The notes under the pieces: model-generated
What the model was told of the DNA's origin: nothing
The model's input: only the letters and a program-made list of their open reading frames with translations
Databases searched by the model: none
Assembly: GCA_041609715.1 (NCBI GenBank)
Contig: JBFIQI010000001.1
Coordinates: 9,911 to 73,910 of the forward strand
Direction of reading: 5' to 3'
Source of the DNA: Gammaproteobacteria bacterium
GTDB taxonomy: Bacteria > Pseudomonadota > Gammaproteobacteria > Steroidobacterales > JABDLF01
DNA length: 64,000 bases
Shown here: positions 1 through 9,222 of the stretch, piece by piece
Position numbering within the stretch: position 1 is the stretch's first letter
Layout of the letters: each line of letters starts with the position of its first letter
Made by a program: the position numbers and the translations under genes

Positions 1-1527
1 GAAGGGGCGGAGGGCCTGATCACCTATATGCGCACCGACTCGGTGGCGCTGGCTGGTGAAGCTGTAGATGAACTGCGCGCAACCATCGCGCGGCAGTTCG
101 GCAAAGAGGCCGTGCCGGAGCAAGCCAATGTTTTTCGCACCAAGGCCAAGAATGCCCAGGAGGCCCATGAGGCCATCCGGCCGACCTCGGCAGCACGCAC
201 ACCCGAGTCCCTGAAAGGCCACCTGCAGGAAGATCAGCTGAAGCTGTACACGCTTATCTGGCAACGAACCATGGCCTGCCAGATGGTGCCGGCCCTGTAT
301 GACACCGTGACCCTGGATTTGCTGGCAGGCCCCGACGGCGAGCAGCGCAACCGCTTGCGCGCCAACGGCTCGGTGCTGGTCAAGCCGGGCTTTCTTGCGG
401 TTTACAAGGACAAGAACGATGGCGCCGAGGGTGACCGCATCCTGCCGCCCATGCAGGAAGGCGAAGAGATTGACCTGCTCAAGATCCGGCCCGAGCAGCA
501 CTTTACCGAGCCGCCGCCGCGTTATTCCGAAGCCAGCCTGGTCAAGGCCCTGGAAGAATACGGAATTGGCCGACCATCGACCTACGCCAATATCATCTCC
601 ACCCTGGTGAACCGCGAATATGTCGAACTGGAGAGCCGGCGTTTCCGGCCCACCGACGTGGGCAAGATCGTCAATAGTTTTCTTACCGATCATTTCGAGC
701 GCTATGTCGACTATGAATTCACCGCGCGCCTGGAAGACGACCTGGACGCGGTCTCGCGCGGCGAAAAGGACTGGATACCGCTGATGGAAACCTTCTGGTC
801 ACCGTTCCAGGAGCGCGTGGCCGACAAGGACCAGTCAGTGACCCGCGAGCAGGTCGCCAAGGCACGTCAGCTCGGCACCGACCCCAAGACCGGCAAGCCG
901 GTGAGCGTACGCATGGGTCGATTCGGACCCTTCGTGCAGCTGGGCGACAAGGATGACGAAGAAAAACCAAAATTTGCCGGCCTGCGTCCGGGCCAGAAAA
1001 TGGACGAGATCACCATGGAAGATGCCATGGAGTTGTTCAAACTGCCGCGCAAGCTGGGTGAAACGCCGGAGGGCGAACCGGTATCCGCCAGCATTGGCCG
1101 GTTCGGTCCCTATGTGAAGTACGGCAGCAAGTTTGCATCCATCAAGGAGGACGATCCGTACACCATCACGCTGCAGCGAGCGCTGGAGGTTATCGCCGAG
1201 AAAAAGGAGGCGGACGCCAATCGTTTGATTCAGGATTTCTCCGAAGACGGCATCCAGATACTGCGCGGGCGTTATGGCCCGTATATCACCGACAAGAAAA
1301 AGAATGCCCGGGTCCCGAAAGATCGCGAGCCCGAGTCGCTGAGCCTGGAGGAGTGCAAGCAGTTGCTGGCCGAAGCGCCTGAACGTGGGCGGCGCGGCAA
1401 GAAGAGCGCCGGCAAGAAAACCACCAGTAAGAAAGCAAAAAAGAAGACCGCCAAGAAAAAAGCCAGCAAAAAAACCACAAAAAAAACCACTCGCAAGACC
1501 TCCCCCAAGAAGGCGGCTGAAGGCTGA
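1..1527 (+). CDS. topA: DNA topoisomerase I, C-terminal part (5' end outside the window)
   Basis: Frame 1 is open from base 1 and reads EGAEGLITYMRTDS (type IA active-site Tyr motif) before the first Met of the listed ORF. Three Cys-less GRFGP[FY]/GRYGPY C-terminal repeats and a Lys-rich tail follow. Stop at 1525-1527. Confidence 0.92.
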   Translation, partial: EGAEGLITYMRTDSVALAGEAVDELRATIARQFGKEAVPEQANVFRTKAKNAQEAHEAIRPTSAARTPESLKGHLQEDQLKLYTLIWQRTMACQMVPALYDTVTLDLLAGPDGEQRNRLRANGSVLVKPGFLAVYKDKNDGAEGDRILPPMQEGEEIDLLKIRPEQHFTEPPPRYSEASLVKALEEYGIGRPSTYANIISTLVNREYVELESRRFRPTDVGKIVNSFLTDHFERYVDYEFTARLEDDLDAVSRGEKDWIPLMETFWSPFQERVADKDQSVTREQVAKARQLGTDPKTGKPVSVRMGRFGPFVQLGDKDDEEKPKFAGLRPGQKMDEITMEDAMELFKLPRKLGETPEGEPVSASIGRFGPYVKYGSKFASIKEDDPYTITLQRALEVIAEKKEADANRLIQDFSEDGIQILRGRYGPYITDKKKNARVPKDREPESLSLEECKQLLAEAPERGRRGKKSAGKKTTSKKAKKKTAKKKASKKTTKKTTRKTSPKKAAEG

Positions 1528-1532
1528 ATCCG

Positions 1533-2093
1533 GTGGCGGCGCGGCAGCTCGTGCGGCGGGCCGCGCAGGCCCTGCACCAGGGGGGCATCATTGCCTATCC
1601 TACTGAAGCCGTTTATGGACTGGGCTGCGACCCGCGCAACGCCAGGGCGGTCTACCGCCTGCTGGCCTTGAAGCAGCGCAGCCCGCGCCACGGCCTGATC
1701 CTGGTAGCGGCAGAGTACGAGCAGCTGCTGGAATACCTTGCGCCCGTTGCCGATACCGTGATCGCCCGCATACTCGCCTCGTGGCCCGGCCCGCAGACCT
1801 GGGTACTGCCGGCGGCGATGCAATGTCCACAGTGGTTGACCGGCGAGCACGACACCATCGCTGTTAGGGTCAGCGACCACCCCTTGGTTCGCGACTTGTG
1901 CGAAACTGCCGGCATGGCCATCGTTTCCACCAGCGCCAACCGGCGCGGCCATCCGCCAGCGCGCTCTGCCCTGGGCTGTCGCATGCGCTTCGGACCGCAG
2001 CTGGATCTGGTTGTGCCGGGTCCCACTGGTGGATTGGCCCGACCCACCGCTATCCGTGACGCCATCAGCGGCGAACTGATCCGCGGCGCCTAG
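1533..2093 (+). CDS. tsaC: L-threonylcarbamoyladenylate synthase (YrdC/Sua5 family)
   Basis: 186 aa with the [14 protein letters not shown] and STSANRRG motifs typical of YrdC/TsaC. GTG start 5 nt after the topA stop. Confidence 0.85.
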   Translation: MAARQLVRRAAQALHQGGIIAYPTEAVYGLGCDPRNARAVYRLLALKQRSPRHGLILVAAEYEQLLEYLAPVADTVIARILASWPGPQTWVLPAAMQCPQWLTGEHDTIAVRVSDHPLVRDLCETAGMAIVSTSANRRGHPPARSALGCRMRFGPQLDLVVPGPTGGLARPTAIRDAISGELIRGA

Positions 2094-2100
2094 GGCGCTC

Positions 2101-3021
2101 ATGGTTGCCATGACCCATCCTGAACAGCAAGTCAGCGAATTTCTCCATACACTGCAGGCTCAGATCTGCTCGGGACTGGAAGACTTGGAAACCGAAGGCG
2201 CTTTCGGTCGCGATGCATGGCAGCGCCCTGAGGGCGGCGGCGGTATCAGCAGGATTCTTGAAGGCGGGGCGGTTTTTGAGCGCGCCGGGGTGGGGCTGTC
2301 GGACGTGCGGGGCAACAAGCTGCCGCCGTCGGCCAGTCAGCGGCGCCCGGATTTGGCGGGCCTGCCGTTTCGTGCCATGGGCGTTTCCGTGGTCATTCAT
2401 CCGCGTAATCCCTATGTGCCCACCTCCCACGCAAACCTCAGGTTCTTCTCCGCGGGCGGCGAAGATTCCGAGCCGCTTTGGTGGTTCGGCGGCGGCTTCG
2501 ACCTGACCCCCTATTACGGCTTCGCCGAGGATGCCCGCCACTGGCACCAGGAAGCCAAGGCCGCCTGCGACGTGCTCGGTGATGCAGCGTATCCGCGCTA
2601 CAAGCAGTGGTGCGACGAATACTTTTTCCTGCCGCACCGGAACGAGCCGCGCGGCATCGGTGGTTTGTTTTTCGATGATCTCAACGAGCCGGATTTCGAA
2701 AGCTGTTTCGAGTTTGTGCGTTCGGTTGGAGAACGTTACCTGTCCGCTTATCTACCCATCGTCGCCCGGCGCATGCAGATGTCGTACTCGGATCGTGAAC
2801 GCCAGTTTCAACTCTATCGGCGCGGCCGTTATGTGGAATTCAACCTGGTGTATGACCGCGGTACGCTATTCGGTCTGCAGTCGCGCGGCCGCACCGAATC
2901 AATACTGATGTCGATGCCGCCCGCCGTGAACTGGCGTTATGATTGGCAACCGGAACCGGGCACGCCCGAGAGCGCACTTTACGAAGAGTTTCTGCAACCC
3001 CATGACTGGCTGGAGCAATAA
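2101..3021 (+). CDS. hemF: Oxygen-dependent coproporphyrinogen III oxidase
   Basis: 306 aa with [13 protein letters not shown] and [20 protein letters not shown], both HemF hallmarks. Confidence 0.93.
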   Translation: MVAMTHPEQQVSEFLHTLQAQICSGLEDLETEGAFGRDAWQRPEGGGGISRILEGGAVFERAGVGLSDVRGNKLPPSASQRRPDLAGLPFRAMGVSVVIHPRNPYVPTSHANLRFFSAGGEDSEPLWWFGGGFDLTPYYGFAEDARHWHQEAKAACDVLGDAAYPRYKQWCDEYFFLPHRNEPRGIGGLFFDDLNEPDFESCFEFVRSVGERYLSAYLPIVARRMQMSYSDRERQFQLYRRGRYVEFNLVYDRGTLFGLQSRGRTESILMSMPPAVNWRYDWQPEPGTPESALYEEFLQPHDWLEQ

Positions 3022-3025
3022 GCAA

Positions 3026-3445
3026 ATGCCACCGGGCGTGCCCTTTCACCTGGCGTTTCCTGTCACTGACCTGGAGGCGACCCGGCGTTTTTTTGTCGAA
3101 GCGCTGGGCTGCGCGGTTGGCCGTGAATCCTCGCGCTGGATCGATTTCGATTTTTTCGGGCACCAGATCACCGCGCATCTGAGCGACACGGGGCAAGCAA
3201 TTTCACACAACCTGGTGGATGGAGACCAGGTGCCCGTACGCCATTTTGGCGCGGTGCTGCCCTGGGCAGAGTGGCAGTCATTGGCCGAGCGACTGCGGCA
3301 AATCGGTATCGAGTTCATGATCGATCCGCGGGTGCGATTCGCCGGCGAAACCGGCGAACAGGGCACATTCTTTGTGCGCGATCCCAGCGGCAACGCGCTG
3401 GAATTCAAGTCTTTTAAAGATCCAGAGCAGCTGTTCGCGCGCTGA
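3026..3445 (+). CDS. VOC (glyoxalase/bleomycin-resistance/dioxygenase) family protein
   Basis: [18 protein letters not shown] and a GNALEFKSF-type C-terminus. I prefer the ATG at 3026, just after the hemF stop, over the listed start at 2939, which overlaps hemF. Confidence 0.7.
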   Translation: MPPGVPFHLAFPVTDLEATRRFFVEALGCAVGRESSRWIDFDFFGHQITAHLSDTGQAISHNLVDGDQVPVRHFGAVLPWAEWQSLAERLRQIGIEFMIDPRVRFAGETGEQGTFFVRDPSGNALEFKSFKDPEQLFAR

Positions 3446-3505
3446 AACCGGACTGGCCCGCCGCTATACTGCCAGCAACTTTTACGGCTTGGCACGAGTG
3501 ATTTT

Positions 3506-4069
3506 ATGGCCTGGATAGACGAGATCGAAGCACCGGATGCCAGCGGCGAACTGGCCGATCTGTACCAGGAGTTGCTGGAAAGACGCGGCAAAATTGCCAA
3601 TATTCTCAAGGTCCACAGCCTGAACCCGCAGGCCCTGAAAGCGCACCTCGACCTGTACATGACGCTGCTGTTTGGCCGCTCGGGCCTGTCGCGGGCCGAC
3701 CGTGAGAGCATCGCCGTGGTCACTTCCGCCAGCAATAAATGCGACTACTGCGTCAATCACCATGCGCAGTCCTTAGGTCGCTACCAGAAAGACCCGCAGT
3801 CCCTGGCCGAGATTCGGGCTGCTCAGGACTTCACGGTGCTGGACCCACGCACGCGGGCAATGCTGGCCCATGCCCGCAAGCTCACCAAGGAGCCCGATGC
3901 GGTGACCCAGGCCGACCTGGACACACTGCGCGCCACGGGGTTTAGCGATCGCGACATCCTGGACATCACGCTGGTCACCGCCTACTTCAATTTCGTCAAT
4001 CGCATTGCCCTGGGCCTGGGCGTGGACTACAACGAGCAGGAATTGCAGGGCTATAAAGAAGCTACCTAA
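3506..4069 (+). CDS. Carboxymuconolactone decarboxylase / AhpD-like peroxidase-related protein
   Basis: 187 aa with the CDYCVNHH (CxxC-H) AhpD-domain motif and a YFNFVNR C-terminal region. Confidence 0.75.
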   Translation: MAWIDEIEAPDASGELADLYQELLERRGKIANILKVHSLNPQALKAHLDLYMTLLFGRSGLSRADRESIAVVTSASNKCDYCVNHHAQSLGRYQKDPQSLAEIRAAQDFTVLDPRTRAMLAHARKLTKEPDAVTQADLDTLRATGFSDRDILDITLVTAYFNFVNRIALGLGVDYNEQELQGYKEAT

Positions 4070-4184
4070 AAGCAATTTTACATATGCCAAATGTTAATTT
4101 TTGCGTAGTGTGACGAGCCCCACAGAGATTTTCACCGCGCCCCGGTAGCGTTTGCACGGTCCCGGCCATGGCGTAGGTGAGCCG

Positions 4185-4742
4185 ATGAGCCAGCATCTGA
4201 TAGCAGGTCTTTTGTTTTGCGGGCTCGCAAGCGCGAGCTCCGCTGCCGACCCCGGCTGGTTTGTGGAGACCCCACATGAACGCGCCGAGCGGGGCTTCGA
4301 CACCGCTCTGCAGGACGCGGGATCGACGCTGTCGGGCCCCGACCTTGTCAATCTACGTGCCGGTTACCGCTTCAGCGAAAACTTCACGCTCAGTGCTGCG
4401 CTGGACGAATACCTGCTGGATGCGATGCGAATACAAAACTGCAATGCCATCGATTTTGTCTGCCTGGCCGCCCGGGAACGAGCTATCGATCACGGCACCA
4501 CCTATACCCTGGCCCTGGCGCCGGCCCTGCGCCTGGATGAAGACCTTTCGGTATACGGACAACTTGGCTTGCAAGGCTGGCATATCAAGACCGGGGGCGA
4601 CAGCCGCCCCCATCGCCGCGAGCTGATGTTCGGTGTAGGCCTGCGTTACGACCTGTCCAAACCATTTCGACTGAAGCTTGAATACCAGGCCCTGGACCTG
4701 GACATCAAGCTGACTTCCATCGGATTCAGCTGGCGTTTCTGA
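4185..4742 (+). CDS. Small outer-membrane beta-barrel protein (OmpW/OmpA-like porin family)
   Basis: Signal peptide MSQHLIAGLLFCGLASASSA, alternating beta-strand pattern, C-terminal ...GFSWRF. ATG at 4185 is preceded by aggtga; the listed TTG at 4152 is less likely. Confidence 0.6.
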   Translation: MSQHLIAGLLFCGLASASSAADPGWFVETPHERAERGFDTALQDAGSTLSGPDLVNLRAGYRFSENFTLSAALDEYLLDAMRIQNCNAIDFVCLAARERAIDHGTTYTLALAPALRLDEDLSVYGQLGLQGWHIKTGGDSRPHRRELMFGVGLRYDLSKPFRLKLEYQALDLDIKLTSIGFSWRF

Positions 4743-4781
4743 GGCGACCAGCCCCCGCGCCGGAACTTTGGCGCTGGCCTC

Positions 4782-5177
4782 TCAGGCCGCAAGAAAATTG
4801 AGCAGTAAAGCGCCAGCGGCAACCAGCAAGGCCGCCCAGGTCAGTGCCGTCCCGTAAAAGCGGCCGAAGGAGACGCCCGCATGTCTGGACAGCCCCCAGG
4901 CATGCAGCAGGCGACCGCCGAGCAGCAGCATGCCGACGGCATGCAGCATCCAGGGACTTCCCCCCGCCGCTTCCAGCAGTAACAGCAGCAACAGGGCCAG
5001 CGGAGCATGTTCGACCAGGTTGGCATGGGCGCGAATCGCCAGGGACAAGATTCGATTGCCACCATCACCGACGCCGACCCGAAGCTGCCTGCGCAAGATC
5101 ACGACCCGTGCCGCCAGCACGACTGCCAGCACGGCGATACATGCGCCGTACAGGCCGGTGATAGCAAAGCCCATCAC
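4782..5177 (-). CDS. MAPEG family membrane protein
   Basis: 131 aa with about 4 hydrophobic segments and an RVxxxRxxxxVxxGDGG...RAHANxxE pattern like YecN/MAPEG proteins. Confidence 0.65.
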   Translation of the reverse strand: MMGFAITGLYGACIAVLAVVLAARVVILRRQLRVGVGDGGNRILSLAIRAHANLVEHAPLALLLLLLLEAAGGSPWMLHAVGMLLLGGRLLHAWGLSRHAGVSFGRFYGTALTWAALLVAAGALLLNFLAA

Positions 5178-5189
5178 CGGTACCCGGCC

Positions 5190-5537
5190 TTAGAGCCTGA
5201 CGAAGACTTCGTCTTCGCGTACATCCACCGCAAAGGTCACGAGCTTTTTCTTCGCCCTTAAAACGTCCAGCAGCTGGATGCCGGGTGGAAAGTTTGCCCA
5301 CTCCTTCACTGCACCACTGGCGATATCGAAGCGGGCGCGGTGCAGCGGACACTGAACCATGCAGTCATCGATGATCTTGCCGCGCGCCAGGGGCGCAAAC
5401 ATATGGGTACAGTTGGCCTGACTGGCGTAATAGCCCGTGCCGATGTGGTAAATCACAAGCTGCTTGCCGTTCACACGAAAGGCGCGCATTTCGCCCAAGG
5501 GCACATCGTGCGTCTTGCAAGCCTGGTAAAATTTCAT
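5190..5537 (-). CDS. Rieske [2Fe-2S] domain protein
   Basis: CTH...CPLH Rieske ligand motifs (CTHMFAPL / CPLHRARF). The ATG at 5537 has a GGGGA-type SD. The listed GTG at 5564 abuts the upstream stop and remains an alternative. Confidence 0.75.
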   Translation of the reverse strand: MKFYQACKTHDVPLGEMRAFRVNGKQLVIYHIGTGYYASQANCTHMFAPLARGKIIDDCMVQCPLHRARFDIASGAVKEWANFPPGIQLLDVLRAKKKLVTFAVDVREDEVFVRL

Positions 5538-5564
5538 CTCAATCCCCGTATATCCTTGACGCAC

Positions 5565-5942
5565 TCAGTCACGCTTGACCACCACGACCTCGACACGGCC
5601 CCGCGGACCTATATACCACGATGCCACCCAGCTGGTGAGGCTGATAATTATTGAGCCACCCAATGCCGCCCAGAAACCGGAAATCGCAAAACCTTCCAGG
5701 AACCACGCGACCAGGCCCAGCATCATGGCATTGATGACAAACAGGAACAGGCCAAGCGTCAGCAGGGTGAACGGCAGCGTAAGGATGATCATGACGGGGC
5801 GGATAATGGCGTTAACCACGCCAAGCAAAATACCAGCCACCAGCAAGACGCCCGTGCCCTGCACGCTGATGCCGCTGATGATCAGCGATGCCAGCCACAG
5901 GCCCAGGGCGCTCACCACCGAGCGAATCAGGAAACCAGCCAT
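5565..5942 (-). CDS. Small 4-TM membrane protein (DUF360 / phage-holin-4_2-like)
   Basis: 125 aa and almost entirely hydrophobic helices. The layout and the GxxNAxIRPxxxxLTLP motif resemble YvlD/DUF360. Confidence 0.6.
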   Translation of the reverse strand: MAGFLIRSVVSALGLWLASLIISGISVQGTGVLLVAGILLGVVNAIIRPVMIILTLPFTLLTLGLFLFVINAMMLGLVAWFLEGFAISGFWAALGGSIIISLTSWVASWYIGPRGRVEVVVVKRD

Positions 5943-5991
5943 GGGCAGCCCTCCAGGCTCCAGTTAACCGGCCAACATCTTGCCATGCCGA

Positions 5992-6312
5992 TCACATGCC
6001 AGCCAGCCGATCGGATCGAACAGCGCTAAGCCGTAGTCCGGACGACCAGCCCATGCGCGCCTTGAGCTGGCTGACCAAATCCACGTATTGCTGCCGGGCA
6101 GTGTCCTGATCGGTGCCCTGCAATTCTTTCCAGGCTTCGTATTTGGCGCGACCGACGAAATCCATGAAGCCCGGCGCTTCGCCATGCACGTCACCTTCGG
6201 TGCCTTGCTTGTAGAAAGCGTAAAGCTTCAGCAAGGTGTCGTTGTCCGGCTTTTCCGGCAGGTTTTTGGCCCCGGCCGCGGCCTCTTTGAAAGCTTTTTC
6301 CAAATCGGACAT
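5992..6312 (-). CDS. Acyl-CoA-binding protein (ACBP)
   Basis: PxNDxLLKLYAFYKQGTEGD and AKYEAWKEL motifs characteristic of ACBP; 106 aa. Confidence 0.75.
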   Translation of the reverse strand: MSDLEKAFKEAAAGAKNLPEKPDNDTLLKLYAFYKQGTEGDVHGEAPGFMDFVGRAKYEAWKELQGTDQDTARQQYVDLVSQLKARMGWSSGLRLSAVRSDRLAGM

Positions 6313-6338
6313 TTGTCTTACTCCTGCCAGTTGCTTGG

Positions 6339-6572
6339 TCAGGCCTGCTCGCTGGCGACCAGGCCTGTGCTGTCATCCATGAAGGTATGCTCAGTGACCC
6401 GCACCTTCATGCCGGTCTCGAACTGCCACTGCTGGCCACCGGGATCGGCGTTGATGGATACAATTTCATAGACATCATCAGCAAGCTGCACCGCTTCCAC
6501 TGGCCGATAGACCGGCGGCTCCTCGCCTACTACTGCCACGTAAATGTTATGCCTGGTTTGCGCATCGCTCAT
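6339..6572 (-). CDS. Hypothetical small acidic protein (77 aa)
   Basis: ORF only. Composition is plausible and it sits tightly between the DJ-1 and ACBP genes on the same strand. No family recognised. Confidence 0.45.
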   Translation of the reverse strand: MSDAQTRHNIYVAVVGEEPPVYRPVEAVQLADDVYEIVSINADPGGQQWQFETGMKVRVTEHTFMDDSTGLVASEQA

Positions 6573-6586
6573 TGCTGATCTCCGAA

Positions 6587-7144
6587 TCAGGCGGACTGGC
6601 GCTGCAACCGCCCTGCCACTGCTTCTCGCTTGTCCTTGCCCGCCAGTGCACCAATCAGCACCAGGGCAAAATCCATGGCCGTGCCCGGACCACGTGAGGT
6701 GATTACTTTACCATCGCTAACCACCGCCGCCTCTTCGTAAGTGAGCCCCGCCAGCACCTCGTCAGCCAGGGCGCCCGGAAAGCTTGTGGCGCGGCGCCCT
6801 CGCAGCAGACCTGCTGCGGCCAGGGCCCGGGGCGCGGCGCATATCGCTGCCGTGAAGCGCCCGCTGGCAGCCATGTCCTGCAACAGCTTGCGCAAACGTG
6901 AATCAGCGGCCAGGTGGTCGGAACCCGGCAGACCCCCGGGCAATGCCACCATGTCGAACGCTTCCCCAAGGGCCGCTTCCAGGGTGGTGTCGGGGGTAAT
7001 GGTAATGTCGTGGGAACCGCGCACCGGTCCATCCTCGAGACCGGCAACCACGACCTCGATGCCGGCCCGGCGCAGCAGATCGATTATGGTAACGGCCTCT
7101 AGTTCTTCGAAGCCCGGGGCGAGTGGGACAAGGACGCGTGCCAT
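6587..7144 (-). CDS. DJ-1/PfpI (YajL/ThiJ-like) family protein
   Basis: N-terminal RVLVPLAPGFEELEAV and the nucleophile-elbow motif AAICAAP. Confidence 0.8.
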   Translation of the reverse strand: MARVLVPLAPGFEELEAVTIIDLLRRAGIEVVVAGLEDGPVRGSHDITITPDTTLEAALGEAFDMVALPGGLPGSDHLAADSRLRKLLQDMAASGRFTAAICAAPRALAAAGLLRGRRATSFPGALADEVLAGLTYEEAAVVSDGKVITSRGPGTAMDFALVLIGALAGKDKREAVAGRLQRQSA

Positions 7145-7902
7145 GCTGACGTCTCCGGATTCTTGTGCCGGATGAATTCTGCCACAGCAATTAACCGCAC
7201 GCCCCGCTCCCCCAGCAGCGGCAGTTCGCGCTCCAGCACCGCCAGCGTGCCGGGATAGGGGTGCCCGATTGCCACCGCCGCACCTCGCTGACGAGCCAGC
7301 GTCACCAGGTTTTCAAACTCGCGCTGGATGGCTGCTGGATCCGGATCCCGATCCAGAAACACGTCGCGAGCGACCGCGGGCACACGATGTTCCCTGGCCA
7401 CCTGCAGCGCCACGCTGTGAGGAGAGGTGATGCTGTCCACAAAAAACAGCCCGCGGGCATCCTCTTGCAAGCTGCGCATCAGCCAGGCCATATGCCCGGG
7501 ATGCCGGGTTAACAGGCTACCCATGTGGTTGTTGATGCCCGTTACATGGGGCACGACCGCGAGATTGGCTTCCAGCAAGCGCCTCAGGTCCTGTTCGCCG
7601 GTTTCCAGCAGCAGCGCACCGTGGCCCGGATCCTTGCCGTTCATGGGCTGCATGGGCAGGTGCAGCAGCACCTCTTTGCCGGCGCCATGGGCGGCCCTCG
7701 CCAGACGCTCCCCGTAGGGCGTATGGGGCAACACCGAGCAGGCAACCGGGCCCGGCAGCTCCACGACCCGCAGGCCGTCTTGGAACTGATACCCCAGGTC
7801 ATCAATGATGATGCTGATGACGGGCATCTCATCGTTTGCGTACGCCGGCGCGCCACCGAGCAGCAACGGTGACAGCAGGGCTGCCAGCCATGCCCTGGGC
7901 AT
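7099..7902 (-). CDS. Divergent polysaccharide deacetylase family protein (YibQ-like)
   Basis: Signal peptide MPRAWLAALLSPLLLGGAPAYA, then SIIIDDLGY and NNHMGS motifs. Start moved to the ATG at 7902, directly after the upstream stop. Confidence 0.75.
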   Translation of the reverse strand: MPRAWLAALLSPLLLGGAPAYANDEMPVISIIIDDLGYQFQDGLRVVELPGPVACSVLPHTPYGERLARAAHGAGKEVLLHLPMQPMNGKDPGHGALLLETGEQDLRRLLEANLAVVPHVTGINNHMGSLLTRHPGHMAWLMRSLQEDARGLFFVDSITSPHSVALQVAREHRVPAVARDVFLDRDPDPAAIQREFENLVTLARQRGAAVAIGHPYPGTLAVLERELPLLGERGVRLIAVAEFIRHKNPETSAWHASLSHSPRASKN

Positions 7903-7903
7903 G

Positions 7904-9145
7904 TTAGCGCAGGCCCTCGGCGCCCGAATCATCTGCGGGCGTCTTGCTGAGCGTAGTCTCGTAAGTGCCCTTCAGAACGGCCAGCGCTTCGACCAGGCCG
8001 ATTTCACGCAAGGCCGTGTTGTTTTGCAACGGATCGAGTTCGATGTCCACGCCGATGCCGGTCTCGTGAATAGACTCACCCGAAGGCGTGAAATACTTCG
8101 AGGTGGTCAGTTTCAGCGCACGACCATCCGACAGCGGCATCACCGTTTGCACCGATCCCTTGCCGAAGGTGGTGTTACCCACGATGGTGGCGCGCTTGTG
8201 ATCCCGCAACGCGCCGGCAACAATTTCCGATGCCGATGCCGAACCGGCATTCACCAACACCACGATAGCCGCGCCGTCAGACACATCGCCCGGCGTGGCG
8301 CGCATCGCAAAGCGGGCATCATCAATTCGGCCATCGCCGCTGACGATCAGGCCTTCATCCAGGAAAGCATCGGCAACTTCCACAGCAGCATCCAGCACGC
8401 CACCGGGATTGTTCCTCAGGTCAACCACCAGCCCCTGCAGGGGACCGTCGTTGGTGCGGCGCAAACGACGCACCGCGCGGTTGAGGTCTTTACCCGTGCT
8501 TTCACTGAAAACCGCGATCCGGATATAGGCGAACCCCGGCTCCAGCAGGCGCGAGCGCACGCTGCTGACGCGAATCCGTGCCCGCGTAATTTCGTAATCG
8601 ATTATTTCATCACTGTCGCTTCGACTGATGCCCAGCTTGACGACAGTGCCCGCGTCACCGCGCAGGCGCCCGGTCATTTCTGCCAGGTTGTCCTGGGTGA
8701 TGGCTTCATCGTTGATCATCACAATTACGTCGCCGGGAAGCAGGCCCGCTTCGGTTGCCGGTGTGTCGTCCATGGGCGCAATGATCTTCAGCACGCCGTC
8801 GCGGGTGGTCACTTCAATACCGACCCCGCTGTAACTGCCCCGCGTCGTGACCTGGATATCTTCGAACTGGGACGGGTCCAGAAACGTGGAATAGGGATCG
8901 AGGCTTGAAATCATGCCCCGGATTGCTCCCTCTATGAGCACCCCGTCGTCCACGTCCTCGACGTAATCGCGCTTGACCCGCTCCAGCACCTCGGCCAGCA
9001 GACGTGCGTCCTCCCAGGGCAGCGTATCGCTGGCCGCCGGGACAGGCTGATCGCGCTCGGCCAGCACCACGTGGCTGACGGTGAGGGCCAGACCAAGCAG
9101 GATTCCCACGCTTGCGGCGAGCAGGCTTCTGATTTGCAGGCTCAT
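7904..9145 (-). CDS. Carboxyl-terminal processing protease (peptidase S41A) with PDZ domain
   Basis: GSASASEI and TFGKGSVQ (Ser/Lys dyad region), with a PDZ-like GIEV...GLLPGDVI segment. Start at MSLQIRSLLAASVG (9145) gives an N-terminal anchor. Confidence 0.88.
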   Translation of the reverse strand: MSLQIRSLLAASVGILLGLALTVSHVVLAERDQPVPAASDTLPWEDARLLAEVLERVKRDYVEDVDDGVLIEGAIRGMISSLDPYSTFLDPSQFEDIQVTTRGSYSGVGIEVTTRDGVLKIIAPMDDTPATEAGLLPGDVIVMINDEAITQDNLAEMTGRLRGDAGTVVKLGISRSDSDEIIDYEITRARIRVSSVRSRLLEPGFAYIRIAVFSESTGKDLNRAVRRLRRTNDGPLQGLVVDLRNNPGGVLDAAVEVADAFLDEGLIVSGDGRIDDARFAMRATPGDVSDGAAIVVLVNAGSASASEIVAGALRDHKRATIVGNTTFGKGSVQTVMPLSDGRALKLTTSKYFTPSGESIHETGIGVDIELDPLQNNTALREIGLVEALAVLKGTYETTLSKTPADDSGAEGLR

Positions 9146-9222
9146 ATTGGTTTCAGGACCGGCTTTTGACGATCCGAAGATAGCACAGCCGGATGTGGTG
9201 GTTCTGCGAACCCGGCCACCAA

